Source: an uncultured Clostridia bacterium (lineage in GTDB: Bacteria > Bacillota > Clostridia > TANB77 > CAG-508). Taken from it: 61,015 nt of DNA. Position numbers and translations under genes: made by a program. Positions 26,843 through 38,239 of this stretch are shown here, piece by piece (positions within the stretch are counted from its first letter, which is position 1; every line of letters starts with the position of its first letter). The DNA is taken from assembly GCA_948875265.1 (NCBI GenBank), contig CAQRYF010000003.1, forward strand, positions 1 through 61,015, read 5' to 3'. Under the pieces are notes generated by a model. That model did no database searches. It was not told the origin of the DNA and saw only the letters and a program-made list of their open reading frames with translations.

Positions 26843-29800
26843 CTATTGGCAACCTTTAAGGAATTCTGTTACATCATTTAATATCTGTCTTTCATTATTT
26901 GACCCTATTTCTAATGTTATCATTGGTTTTATTCCATTTGAAAATTTAATTTTATTTCCATATTGTTTTACTAAATATGCTATATCTATTTCAAAGTTAT
27001 TTTGCTCAAATGTAAATACCACTGCTGTTTTCCTACTTGCAATTTTTGTAATAGATAATGCCTTTGCTAAATATTTTATTCTTGCTATGTCTATTAAATT
27101 TTCTAATTCTGCTGGCATATTTCCAAACCTATCTATTATTTCATCAATAACATTTTGTATATCTTCTTCTTTTCTACATAAAGCTATATTTTGATATACT
27201 TCTATTTTTTGATTAGAATCAGAAATATATTCATCTGGTATATAACTTGTTACATTCAAATCTATTTGAATATCTATTTCTGGTTTTATTTCAATACCTT
27301 TCATTTCTTTTACTACTTCATCTAGTAAATTACAATATGTATCGTATCCTACTTGTTCTAAATGTCCTGATTGTATTTCACCTAGCAAGCTTCCTGCCCC
27401 TCTTATTTCTAAGTCTCTCATCGCTATTTTAAATCCTGAACCGAAATCAGTAAATTCTTTTATTGCTTTTAATCTTTTATCTGCTACTTCAGATAATAAT
27501 TTATCTTTTTTATATGTTATATATGCATATGCTTGTTTATCAGATCTACCAACTCTTCCACGTATTTGATATAATGAAGCTAGCCCCATTCTATCAGCAT
27601 TTTCTACAATTATAGTATTTGCATTTGGTATATCTATTCCAGATTCCAGTATTGTTGTACATACTAATACATTACTTTTTCCTTCTATAAATTCTTTCAT
27701 GATATCTTCAATTTTTGCCCCTGTCATTTGTCCATGTGCATATACTACATTTGCTTCTGGTATTGATTTCGATATATCTATTGCCTTTTTTTCTATTCCT
27801 TGTACATTATTGAATAAATAGAATACTTGACCTCCTCTTTCTAGTTCTTTTATAATTGCTTCTTTTACTACTTCTGCATCATATTCTAATACATAGGTTT
27901 GAACAGGCCTCCTATTTTGTGGCGGTTCATAAATAACAGACATATCCCTTACTCCAACTATTGACATATGCATAGTTCTTGGTATTGGTGTTGCTGTCAT
28001 TGTCAAAACATCAATATTTGATTTATATTGTTTTATCTTTTCTTTATCTTTTACCCCAAATCGGTGTTCTTCATCTATTATTAATAATCCTAAATCTTTA
28101 AATTCTATATCTTTACTTAATAATCTATGTGTTCCAATTACTACATCTACTTCTCCAAGTTTTAATTTTTTTACTACTTCATCTTGATATTTTTTGCTTT
28201 TAAACCTATTTAAAATTTCAACTTTTATTGCAAATTCACTCATTCTATTTTTGAATTCTTCATATTGTTGTTCTGCCAAAACTGTTGTTGGAACTAGATA
28301 TGCTACTTGCTTTTGGTCCATTACTGCTTTAAATGCTGCTCTTATCGCAACTTCTGTTTTTCCATATCCGACATCTCCACAAAGCAGCCTATCCATTGGC
28401 TTATTTAATTCCATATCTTTTTTTACTTCTTCAATACATCTTAGTTGGTCATCTGTTTCTTGATATGGAAAACTTGCTTCAAATTGATTTTGCCACTCAG
28501 TATCTTTACTAAAAGCATATCCTTGTATTTTCTCCCTTTTTGCATATAATTCAATTAACTCTTTTGCTACTTCTCTTAAATTTTTCTTTACTTTGGCTTT
28601 TGTATTTTCCCATTCTTTGCTACCTAATTTATTTACTTTAGGCTGTATTCTATCTCCACCTATATATTTTCTAATTGAATCTAAGTCATTTGTAGGAATG
28701 TATAAAATATCATCATTTTTATATTTAATTTTTATATAGTCTTTTATCATTCCATCAGCCTTAATTGTATTTACTCCAATATATATACCAATTCCATATT
28801 TTTTATGTACAACATAATCTCCTATTCTCAGGTCAGCAAATACTATTTTTTCGCCTTCTTTAAACTCAGAATGTACAATTTTTTTTCTTCTTTTTTCTCC
28901 ATTTATTAATTCATCTGCAGAGATTACAATCTCATTTAAATCATAGCATTCAAATCCAGATGATAGTTTTCCCATTCCAATTGTAACTATACTTTCACTT
29001 GATTTGACTATAATAGTTTGATTTAGTTTTTCTTCTATTTTACAAATAATTTCTTGTTCTTCTAAAATTTTTTGTAATTTCTTTGCTTTTTCCTTAGTAT
29101 CTACAAGTAAATATATTTTCTTCTTATCTTTTATAGATTTTTTTAATTCTTTAAATAGATTTTCAATTTCACTTTTATAATAATTAATTTCTCTATAATT
29201 AAATTTGTATTTTTCTGATTCTATTGTACTTCCGAGTATCTTGTTTATAAATATATATCAGTTGCTTTTTATTTAATATTGTTTCAATTTCCTCGAAATT
29301 GTAAATGTTTAATATTGCTTGTGGTACAATTTTTTCTTTTTCAATTAATGCGTTTATTAAATTTTTATTATCTTGTATAATATTTTTTGCTCTTTGATTT
29401 ATTTTCCCTATTTCATCAATAAATATATTATAATTGTTATTTAAATAATCAATAACAGTTTCTTGTTTTTCATAGAAACAATCCATATATTTATCTATCT
29501 TACTTATATAATTTCCTGCTTTTATTTGTTCTATATCTTCTTGTATAATTTCTTTTTGATTTTTACTTTCTGCTATCTTCTCTATTTTTTTACAGACTTT
29601 TTCAATATTGTTTTCTAAAATATATTCATGTGCTGGATATATTGTTGCTTTTTCTAATGTATTAATTGACCTTTGGCTTGAAATATTGAAGTTTCTAATT
29701 GAGTCTACTTCATCTCCCCAAAACTCAATTCTAATTCCCATAGTTTCATTTATGGAGATATCTAAAATTCCTCCTCTTACACTAAATTGACCTCTTCCTT

Positions 29801-30299
29801 CAATAAGTTCATATCTTGTATATCCTAAATTCACTAATTTTTGTTTTATTTCTTCTAACTTATATGACTCTCCTACTTTAAATTTAAGTTCATTTTTATA
29901 TAAAGTCTCCCTTGAAGGTATCTTTTGCATTATAGCTTCTATAGTAGTTATGATGATTAAATTCTTTTTTGATATAATTTCGTTTAATGCCTCAATTCTT
30001 TGGTATGGTAATTCCTTACTTTCTGCAATATAATCATAAGTCACAACTTCTTTTTTTGGAAAAAATATTACTTTATCTGTAAAACATTTAATATCTTCAT
30101 AAATCTTTTTTGCTTGTATTTCATTATATGTAATTATACAAATTGGTTTTTTTCCAAATTCATTTATAGCAGTTCCAACTTGTACCATTCCCACGTCAGT
30201 TAAGCCCGATATTGCTATCGGACTTTGTTTGTTTTCTATTTGTTTTAGTAAATCTATAAATTTGGTTGATTTACCTAATTCTCCTAATATGGTATTCAT
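26843..30299 (-). pseudogene. mfd: Transcription-repair coupling factor Mfd, interrupted. The halves join by a +1 shift at CGG 29232-29234.
   Basis: The N-terminal 366-aa ORF (29199-30299) plus the 710-aa ORF (26843-28975, with LCGDVGYGKTEVA, DEEHRFGV and the TRG motif region). The +1 frame is open from 29233 to 28975. Skipping C29234 gives ...IYIYKQDTGSTIESEKYKFNYREINYYK.... Confidence 0.85.
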
Positions 30300-30422
30300 G
30301 TTTTTCTCCTAATTCACAAAAAACTATGTTAGATTTTTATTTGTTATTCATTATACTATATTTTTTATATAATTTAAAGCCCTAATTGTTATTTTCCTTT
30401 ATTTCCTTTATTTTTATATTGC

Positions 30423-30451
30423 TTGATTATTTATGTTAATTATGATATAAT
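30423..30451 (+). promoter_or_regulatory. Sigma-A-type promoter with extended -10 upstream of the small Cys-rich ORF
   Basis: TTGATT-17 nt (ending TGA)-TATAAT. Confidence 0.45.
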
Positions 30452-30516
30452 ATATTTGTAACGTAAATTAGCAGCAAAGACCTCAATAAAAATTCATTGA
30501 GGCAGAAAGGAACTTA

Positions 30517-30672
30517 ATGTTTAATCAACCAGGATGCCCAAATGGGTATAATTTTCAAGAGTGTGATGGAACTCAAAAAAAACAAGAAGGACTAGTTTGC
30601 AATTCTTGTGCAGCTTGCAAAAAAGCTAAAGAAAAAATTTTAGGAAGTATAGATAAAAAGTCTAATACTTAA
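30517..30672 (+). CDS. Small cysteine-rich protein (51 aa), not in the supplied ORF track
   Basis: MFNQPGCPNGYNFQECDGTQKKQEGLVCNSCAACKKAKEKILGSIDKKSNT. Preceded by GAAAGGAAC and followed by a clean terminator (about 30685-30720). Confidence 0.45.
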   Translation: MFNQPGCPNGYNFQECDGTQKKQEGLVCNSCAACKKAKEKILGSIDKKSNT

Positions 30673-30817
30673 ACACTAGTCTAAAAAATACTATTCTTTA
30701 AATAGAATAGTATTTTTTCTATTTATATATTAAATTTGCATTTAATCCTATTTTATGTTAATATATATGTGTAGCATTTTAATTTTGTTGCATTCGAGGA
30801 AAAATGGAGGTATTACA

Positions 30818-31105
30818 ATGAATACAAAATTAGGAACTTTCTACTTAAAAACCTATAGTATTGCTCGTCCAAATCAAGACATTATAGAAAAAATGGAACA
30901 GGCAATCGATAATGCTTCTAATATTCCTTTACGTAAAGCTCGTTCTATTGCTCGTGATTCTTCTGATAAATCAGAAGTTGAAAAATTAGCAATAGAGCTT
31001 ATTGATGAAGGAAAATTAGAACATGAATTATTTGTTGCAAATGGTAGTGCTGAGCGGGTATGCCTTAATCTGAAAAAGCATACTATTGAATTGACTAGTT
31101 TCTAA
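30818..31105 (+). CDS. Hypothetical protein (95 aa)
   Basis: ATG 8 nt after GGAGG. Contains one of the two frame-preserving in-frame CGG codons (31055-31057). Followed by a terminator at about 31120-31155. Confidence 0.5.
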   Translation: MNTKLGTFYLKTYSIARPNQDIIEKMEQAIDNASNIPLRKARSIARDSSDKSEVEKLAIELIDEGKLEHELFVANGSAERVCLNLKKHTIELTSF

Positions 31106-31158
31106 ACTCCAGCTTTTAAGAAGGAATAGCTAGCTTATAGCTCATTCCTTCTTTTCTT

Positions 31159-33153
31159 TTACATTTTTATAACCAATTTATCAAATTTAGAACGAATATA
31201 TTTATCTAATTTTCCCATAAATTCATCTGGTTTAATCTGTTTTTTTGCTACCATATCTAATCCCTTTTCCCAACTTGCTGTTAATTTTGGATTTAATATA
31301 TCTGGCATAGAAGTATATACAATATCATATATAGTCTCCCCTTTTAAAGTTGGGGTTATAATTTGAGTTTTGTTATTTACCTCAATATATTTTATCTTTT
31401 CAAGTTTTTTCATAATTTCAGCTCTTGTTGCGCTTGTTCCAATACCTGCACCTTTTATTTGCTCTCTTAATTCCTCTTCTTCTATTAGTTTTCCCGCATT
31501 TTCCATAGCAAGGATAATAGAACCTGAATTATATCTAGTTGGTGGTGAAGTTTCCGCTTCTTTTAGTTCAAAGTTTTTAGCCTCTACTTCTTGTCCCTTT
31601 TTCAAGTTTTTTAATATCTCTAAATCTGCTTGTTTGTCCTCTTTTTGGTTATTATTTTCCACATTTTTGTTATCTTCTGTGGACTTTTTATTGTTTTTTT
31701 CATTTGGTCTCAATATTTCTAAAAATCCTTGTTTTACACAAACTTTTCCACTAGTAAAAAAGGTCTCTATAGTCTTATTATTTTCTATTGCTTCTTCTAC
31801 TTCAATTGTTACTTGTATTTTACTATATTCTGCTGGTGGATAAAAAATAGCAATGAATCTTTTTACTATTAATTTATATACTTGTTTTTGTAATTCTGGT
31901 AATTGATTTAAATTTTCATATCCTTGTCCTGTTGGTATTATTGCATAGTGATCTGTTATTTTACTATCATTTACATATTTTGTTTTTATTAAATTTGTAG
32001 AATATTTTTCCTTTACCATTTTCGTTATATATCCTTGAACTTCTTCATCTTTAAATCCCCTTGCGATTCCATTTAAATTTTTAGTTATTTCTTTGGCAAC
32101 TGCAGTTGATAATACTCTTGCATCAGTCCTTGGATATGTAACAAGCTTTTTCTCATATAAATTTTGTATAATCTCTAAAGTTTCATCTGGTTTTATTTTA
32201 AACCTTTTTGTACATTCATTTTGTATTTCTGCTAAGTTAAATAATAATGGTGCATTTTCTTTTTGTTTTGATTTTTTTAGATTTATAATTTTTGCTTTTT
32301 TATCTTGTAGGCTACTAATAAATTGTTTAGCTTCTTCCTCTTTTTTGAACCCTGATTCATTATAAAGCTTTGGTGACTCAAACATTTTTGATTTTTCATT
32401 TACTTTCCATTCTGCCTTAAATGATGCATTATTATCACCGAATTCTCCAATTACTTTATAATATTTTGTTTTTATAAAATTTCTTATTTCTCTTTCTCTT
32501 GAAACTATCATTCCCAGAACGCAGGTCATAACACGTCCTACTGAAATTGAGGCCCTTTCTTCATTTATCTTATTTGCAAGTGTCTTTCCATATATTATTG
32601 ATAATAATCTTGAAAAATTAATTCCAATTAAATAGTCCTCTTTAGCTCTTAAATATGCACTATCAGATAAACTATCATATTCTGATAAGTCTTTTGCTTC
32701 TTTTATACCTCTTACAATTTCTTCTTCTGTTTGAGAGTCAATCCATACTCTTTTCATTCTAGCTTTAGGATTTGGTTTAGCCATCATAAACACTAATCTT
32801 TGTATATACTCTCCCTCTCGTCCCGAGTCTCCAGCATTATAAATTTCTTCAATATCTTCTCTTTGCATTAATTGCTTTATTATATTAAATTGATTTTGTA
32901 CAGCTGGAATAGTTTCATATTTCCACTGAGTTGGAATAAATGGTAATGTATCCAATCTCCAAAATTTTAAATTTTTATCATATTTTTCTGGATAGCTCAT
33001 AGTTACTAAATGTCCTACACACCAAGTAATTATCCATTCATTTGATTCTAAATATCCATTTTTTCTATTAGTTGTAATTTTTAATGCTTTTGCAAATTCC
33101 ATTGCAACTGATGGCTTTTCTGTTATTAATAGTTTCTTGCCCAATTTTATCAT
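31159..33153 (-). CDS. topB: DNA topoisomerase III (type IA)
   Basis: 664 aa with the N-terminal Toprim LLITEKPSVA, DSGREGE, and the active-site region TYPRTD. Confidence 0.85.
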   Translation of the reverse strand: MIKLGKKLLITEKPSVAMEFAKALKITTNRKNGYLESNEWIITWCVGHLVTMSYPEKYDKNLKFWRLDTLPFIPTQWKYETIPAVQNQFNIIKQLMQREDIEEIYNAGDSGREGEYIQRLVFMMAKPNPKARMKRVWIDSQTEEEIVRGIKEAKDLSEYDSLSDSAYLRAKEDYLIGINFSRLLSIIYGKTLANKINEERASISVGRVMTCVLGMIVSREREIRNFIKTKYYKVIGEFGDNNASFKAEWKVNEKSKMFESPKLYNESGFKKEEEAKQFISSLQDKKAKIINLKKSKQKENAPLLFNLAEIQNECTKRFKIKPDETLEIIQNLYEKKLVTYPRTDARVLSTAVAKEITKNLNGIARGFKDEEVQGYITKMVKEKYSTNLIKTKYVNDSKITDHYAIIPTGQGYENLNQLPELQKQVYKLIVKRFIAIFYPPAEYSKIQVTIEVEEAIENNKTIETFFTSGKVCVKQGFLEILRPNEKNNKKSTEDNKNVENNNQKEDKQADLEILKNLKKGQEVEAKNFELKEAETSPPTRYNSGSIILAMENAGKLIEEEELREQIKGAGIGTSATRAEIMKKLEKIKYIEVNNKTQIITPTLKGETIYDIVYTSMPDILNPKLTASWEKGLDMVAKKQIKPDEFMGKLDKYIRSKFDKLVIKM

Positions 33154-33156
33154 CCT

Positions 33157-33930
33157 TTATTTTATTTTTTCTCCAATATATCTATTTGCAAACTCTTGTA
33201 TTTCTCTCATTCTTTTTTTAGTTTCTATATCTTGGTATTTTACTCTTTCTACTATTTTATCTATATATCTATTTTGTTTTATTATTTTTAGGCTTTCTTT
33301 ATAATTTATATCATATATATATCCAATCCATACTACCATTTGGTCTATATTACTTTTCATATTTTCATATGGAACTAATTCTTCTTTTAAAAATTTCTCA
33401 TATACATTTTGACTTAATTGTTCTTCTGCTATATTACTACTTTCAAAATTCACTGCATTTTTTAAATCTTCTGTTGTTACAATATGATATATATCTAACT
33501 TATCCGCATCACGAATTATTTTAGAATGTAATAATTCTATTTCATTCATACATTCTTCTATTTTGTATTTATTATGATTTTTTATTGCCTTGTATATAAT
33601 TTTATCATAAGTATCTTCTTTAATAAAATCTCTAATATGACCTTCATCAAATAAAGTAATTAATCCTTGTTCTGCATGGTCTATACTTTTTGAATCTAGA
33701 TATGTATTGTAAATCTTTATTTGTTCAAATCTACCTATGTCATGTAATAATCCTATTAATCTGGCTAAATTTTGTTGTTCTTCACTTAAATTTAATTCTT
33801 GTGCAATTTTTAGAGAATTTTCTGATACTCTATAAGTATGTGCAATTTTCACTTTAATTCTATTGTTAGTATTATCGTAGTTTTCTATAAATTTTTTAAA
33901 TTCTATTTTTGCCTTTGTTATATCTATCAT
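33157..33930 (-). CDS. HD-domain phosphohydrolase
   Basis: 257 aa with LLHDIGRFEQ and RDADKLD. Separated from topB by a 3-nt gap (operon). Confidence 0.75.
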   Translation of the reverse strand: MIDITKAKIEFKKFIENYDNTNNRIKVKIAHTYRVSENSLKIAQELNLSEEQQNLARLIGLLHDIGRFEQIKIYNTYLDSKSIDHAEQGLITLFDEGHIRDFIKEDTYDKIIYKAIKNHNKYKIEECMNEIELLHSKIIRDADKLDIYHIVTTEDLKNAVNFESSNIAEEQLSQNVYEKFLKEELVPYENMKSNIDQMVVWIGYIYDINYKESLKIIKQNRYIDKIVERVKYQDIETKKRMREIQEFANRYIGEKIK

Positions 33931-34002
33931 TTTTATACCTCGTTTGAAATTGTATCATTTTTTATTTTTTTGTGCAAGTTTACTAAAAAGCTTTATTTCT
34001 CT

Positions 34003-34030
34003 TGAATTTTTGGGTTCTTTGTTATATAAT
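34003..34030 (+). promoter_or_regulatory. Sigma-A-type promoter of leuS
   Basis: TTGAAT-16 nt-TATAAT, about 40 nt before the RBS. Confidence 0.45.
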
Positions 34031-34070
34031 ACCATAAATTAGAAAAGGATTCTGAAAGGAGTATTTATTT

Positions 34071-36461
34071 ATGGAATATAGATTTAATGAAATTGAAAGA
34101 AAATGGCAAAATTATTGGGATGAAAATAAAACATTTTTTACTGATGTTTGGGATTTTTCTAAACCTAAATTTTATGCTTTAGATATGTTTCCTTACCCAT
34201 CTGGCCAAGGTCTTCATGTTGGACATCCAGAAGGATATACAGCAACTGATATTGTATCTAGAATGAAGAGAATGCAAGGATATAATGTTTTACATCCAAT
34301 GGGTTGGGATGCTTTTGGTTTACCTGCTGAACAATATGCTATTAAAACAGGAAATCATCCAGCTGGATTTACAAAACAAAATATAGAAACATTTAAAAAA
34401 CAATTAAAAATGCTTGGTCTATCTTTTGACTGGGATAAGGAAATTTCTACTTGTGATCCAAACTATTACAAATGGACTCAATGGATTTTCAAAAAATTAT
34501 ATGAAGATGGATTAGCTAAATTAGTTGAAATGCCTGTTAACTGGTGTGAAGGATTAGGATGCGTTTTATCTAATGATGAAGTTATAAATGGTAGAAGTGA
34601 AAGAGGGGATTTTCCTGTTGTTCGTAAAAATATGAAACAATGGGTACTAGATATACCAAAATATGCAGATATCTTATTAGATGGGTTAGATGACTTAGAT
34701 TGGCCTGAATCCACTAAAGAAATTCAAAGAAATTGGATTGGAAAATCTGAAGGTGCAGAGGTAAAATTCGAAGTTGCAAATTCTGATAACCTTGATTTTA
34801 CAGTATTTACTACAAGACCTGATACTTTGTTCGGTGCAACATACTGTGTTTTAGCTCCTGAACTTGATTTAGTAGACAAAATTACCTCGGCTGAACAAAA
34901 ACAATCTGTTAATGATTACAAAATACTAGCCGCTTCTAAATCTGATTTAGAAAGAACTGAATTAAACAAAGAAAAAACAGGTGTATTTACTGGTAGTTAT
35001 GCTATCAACCCTGTAAATGGAAAAGAAATTCCTATTTGGATTTCTGATTATGTTTTATCAACTTATGGAACAGGATGCATTATGGCTGTTCCAGCTCATG
35101 ATCAAAGAGATTATGAATTTGCAACTAAGTTTGACATTGATATAATCCCTGTATTAGAAGGTGGAAATATTGAAACTGAAGCATTTACAGGAGATGGATT
35201 ACATATCAACTCTAGTTTCTTAGATGGATTAAATAAAGAAGATGCTATTTCTAAAATTATTGAATGGTTAGAGGAAAATAAAGTTGGAACAAAAAAGGTA
35301 AATTATAAGCTTCGTGAATGGATATTTGCAAGACAACGTTATTGGGGCGAGCCAATTCCAATTGTTTATTTAGATGATGAAATGAAAGCTTTAGCTGATT
35401 CTGAGTTACCTTTAGTATTACCAGAATTAGAAGATTATGCTCCATCTAAATCTGGTGCTTCTCCTTTAGATAAAGCAACTGATTGGATTAATACAAACTT
35501 TGAAGGTAAATCAGTTAAAAGAGAAACTAGTACAATGCCAGGAAGTGCAGGATCTAGTTGGTATTTCTTAAGATATATTGACCCAAAAAATAATGATGAA
35601 TTTGCTAATAAAAAATTACTTGAATATTGGATGCCAGTAGACTTATATGTAGGCGGTCCAGAACATGCAGTAGGACATTTATTATATTCTAGATTTTGGA
35701 ATAATTATTTATATAATAAAGGATATGTTCCTGTTAAAGAACCATTTGCAAAACTTCGTCATCAAGGTATGATTTTAGGTACAAATGGTGAAAAAATGAG
35801 CAAATCAAAAGGAAATGTTATTAATCCTGATGATATGGTTAAACAATATGGTGCAGATAGTTTAAGAGTATATGAAATGTTTATGGGGCCTATTGATAGT
35901 GCAAAGCCTTGGGATCCAAATGGAATTGATGGCTCTAAAAAATTCTTAGATAGAGTTTGGAGATTATATACTGAATCTAATAAAATAAAAGATGAACCCA
36001 ATGATAATTTGGAACTAGTATATAATTATACTGTTAAAAAGGTAACAAATGACTATGAAACCATGAATTTTAATACTGCTATTTCTCAAATGATGATTTT
36101 TGTAAATAGTGTAAATAAAGAAGATATATTCCCTAAAGAATATGCCGAAGGATTTTTAAAATTATTAAATCCAGTTGCTCCTCACATTACTGAAGAATTA
36201 TGGAACATTTTAGGTCATAACAATACTATTTCTTATGAAAAGTGGCCTGAATATGATGATTCAAAGACTACTAGTGATACTATTACTTTACCAATTCAGT
36301 TTAATGGAAAATTGAAATCTACAATAAAAATTAGTTTAAATGAAGATGAAAGTTCTGTTAAAGAAAAAGTTCATAAAGCAATTGATTCTAAATTAGATGG
36401 TAAAACAATTGTGAAAGAAATTTATATTAAAAATAAAATTTATAATATTGTTGTAAAATAA
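34071..36461 (+). CDS. leuS: Leucine--tRNA ligase
   Basis: 796 aa with the HVGHPEGY (HIGH) and KMSKSKGN (KMSKS) motifs and a CP1 editing domain. Confidence 0.97.
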   Translation: MEYRFNEIERKWQNYWDENKTFFTDVWDFSKPKFYALDMFPYPSGQGLHVGHPEGYTATDIVSRMKRMQGYNVLHPMGWDAFGLPAEQYAIKTGNHPAGFTKQNIETFKKQLKMLGLSFDWDKEISTCDPNYYKWTQWIFKKLYEDGLAKLVEMPVNWCEGLGCVLSNDEVINGRSERGDFPVVRKNMKQWVLDIPKYADILLDGLDDLDWPESTKEIQRNWIGKSEGAEVKFEVANSDNLDFTVFTTRPDTLFGATYCVLAPELDLVDKITSAEQKQSVNDYKILAASKSDLERTELNKEKTGVFTGSYAINPVNGKEIPIWISDYVLSTYGTGCIMAVPAHDQRDYEFATKFDIDIIPVLEGGNIETEAFTGDGLHINSSFLDGLNKEDAISKIIEWLEENKVGTKKVNYKLREWIFARQRYWGEPIPIVYLDDEMKALADSELPLVLPELEDYAPSKSGASPLDKATDWINTNFEGKSVKRETSTMPGSAGSSWYFLRYIDPKNNDEFANKKLLEYWMPVDLYVGGPEHAVGHLLYSRFWNNYLYNKGYVPVKEPFAKLRHQGMILGTNGEKMSKSKGNVINPDDMVKQYGADSLRVYEMFMGPIDSAKPWDPNGIDGSKKFLDRVWRLYTESNKIKDEPNDNLELVYNYTVKKVTNDYETMNFNTAISQMMIFVNSVNKEDIFPKEYAEGFLKLLNPVAPHITEELWNILGHNNTISYEKWPEYDDSKTTSDTITLPIQFNGKLKSTIKISLNEDESSVKEKVHKAIDSKLDGKTIVKEIYIKNKIYNIVVK

Positions 36462-36509
36462 TATTAGGGCCTATTAGAATTTATATTTTATTTAAGTTCT
36501 AATAGGCTT

Positions 36510-36824
36510 TTATAAACCCTGAACTTTAGATTTTAAATAATATATTTGATCATCTTGTTTTTCTATTTGATTTTCACAAGAGCTGATTCTTTTTTCATGA
36601 AAATCTAACTTTTCAGAGTGGACTGTAAATGCATCGAATAACATAGCTAATTTTTCTCCGTGTTCAACTTCTATTCTAGCTACTGCCCCGCTAATTCTGT
36701 GTAGTTCTTCTTTGATTTTCGGTATTTCTTTTAGTTCTTGCTTTATCTCTTTTATTTGTTCTTGCATTTCTGGTATTACTTTTAATTGTTCTTTTATTTC
36801 TTTTTGTCCTTTGTATAGTTCCAA
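36510..36824 (-). CDS. Hypothetical coiled-coil protein. The start is uncertain (TTG, or an upstream ATA after AAAGGAGG).
   Basis: About 104 aa with heptad-like repeats (IKE.K.ELKEIPKIKEEL). Confidence 0.4.
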   Translation of the reverse strand: MELYKGQKEIKEQLKVIPEMQEQIKEIKQELKEIPKIKEELHRISGAVARIEVEHGEKLAMLFDAFTVHSEKLDFHEKRISSCENQIEKQDDQIYYLKSKVQGL

Positions 36825-37114
36825 TAATATTTCATTTTCTTTTAAGTTTTCTATTTTTGTTTCCTCCTTTCTATTTTTTTAATATTATAATATTAATTGT
36901 GTTAGTTATTATATCTTGATAGAATTTATATGTCAAGAAAAACTCATAGACAAATTTCGACAAATCATATCTAAAGCACTTGTATTACTATGTTTTAAAA
37001 TCGAATTTTTTTATTTTTTGTCATTAAAGTGTAATTAATATTTAATACTTCTGAAATATATCATTATATTTTTTATAGTATAATATTGTTAGATGATATT
37101 AAGGAGAATTATAG

Positions 37115-38218
37115 ATGAATATAGAATCAGATTTAAAAAAGGATGGAATTGAAGTTATAGAAAAAATAGATACTTTAAGAATTAATTCAATTGCAAGAAC
37201 TGTGTCCATAAAAATATGTGAAGCTTTTCCAAAATATGGTCTTAATCAAAATGAATTATTTATAAAGCTTTCTAGATTAAATATGTTTAAAGCCAAGATG
37301 CCTGAAGGTATGGCAGAAGCTAATTATTTTTATAAAAATACATCTATTTATTTTAATGTTCATATTCCTGATGAGGATTTAGAGGAATTTGCAATACATG
37401 AATGTATTCATTACATTCAAGAAATAAAAGATAAGAAGAATTATTTGATTAGAATGGGACTTTGTGATTATACAGAATTTAAGATATATGGCTTGGGTCT
37501 AAATGAAGCATCTGTTCAACTTATGTCCTCTAAAATAAATGGTATCCCTAAAGAATATGTAAAATATTTTGGTATAAGCTTTGAGACTACTAGTCCTTCT
37601 TATTATCCTTTAGAGTGTTGCTTAGTAAATCAGTTAGCATATATTACTGGTGAAGATGTTTTATTTGAAAGCACCCTAAATAGCAATGATAATTTTAAAA
37701 TGACATTTGCTAATTTAACATCACCAAAAATCTTTATGGCTATCCAAAATGCTATAGATGATATTTTATATGCAGAAGAAGATATTATTAAATTAAATAA
37801 TAAAATTGCTCAAATTGATGATAGAAATAAAAAAGTTGATGGTATGCTTAAAAAAATCGATGAATTAAAAAATGAAATATCATTAACTTTTATGAGAACT
37901 CAAAACCTAATAATTTCAAGCTATTTTGATAAGTCATTTTTTAATATCTCTAATTTAGAAGATGTTGAAAATTATAGAAGGAAATTATATTCATTTAAAG
38001 ATTATTTAGGAGTTATGGAGGGATATACTTTCTTTAATGATTATTATGTTAAAAAGATGGAAGAGTTGGAAATTAAATATAATGCTTTAGAAAATGGAGA
38101 AGTAGAAACTGCAATAAAGGTTATAACTAAAAAAGAAAATAAATTAGTTGCATTGTTTAAAACAATCAAAAAACTTATTTTCAGAAATTTTGTTGAAAAA
38201 GAAAACGATATACAATAA
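37115..38218 (+). CDS. Hypothetical protein with an HExxH zincin-like motif
   Basis: 367 aa with FAIHECIHYIQE and a coiled-coil C-terminal half. ATG follows AAGGAG. Confidence 0.45.
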   Translation: MNIESDLKKDGIEVIEKIDTLRINSIARTVSIKICEAFPKYGLNQNELFIKLSRLNMFKAKMPEGMAEANYFYKNTSIYFNVHIPDEDLEEFAIHECIHYIQEIKDKKNYLIRMGLCDYTEFKIYGLGLNEASVQLMSSKINGIPKEYVKYFGISFETTSPSYYPLECCLVNQLAYITGEDVLFESTLNSNDNFKMTFANLTSPKIFMAIQNAIDDILYAEEDIIKLNNKIAQIDDRNKKVDGMLKKIDELKNEISLTFMRTQNLIISSYFDKSFFNISNLEDVENYRRKLYSFKDYLGVMEGYTFFNDYYVKKMEELEIKYNALENGEVETAIKVITKKENKLVALFKTIKKLIFRNFVEKENDIQ

Positions 38219-38239
38219 AATAAGCTTTCAAGTGAAAGC

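Noticed and set aside
30755-30817. An upstream start for ORF 30755-31105, and likewise extended starts for 16732-17118, 20868-21734, 53960-55363, 55296-56225, 56890-57252 and 60443-60802.
   Set aside because: The internal ATGs are preceded by good GGAG-type ribosome-binding sites at proper spacing, and the extensions have no RBS and odd composition.
33931-34070. An expected T-box leader upstream of leuS.
   Set aside because: Only about 140 nt are available, containing a promoter and RBS. There is no specifier/antiterminator architecture or conserved T-box sequence.
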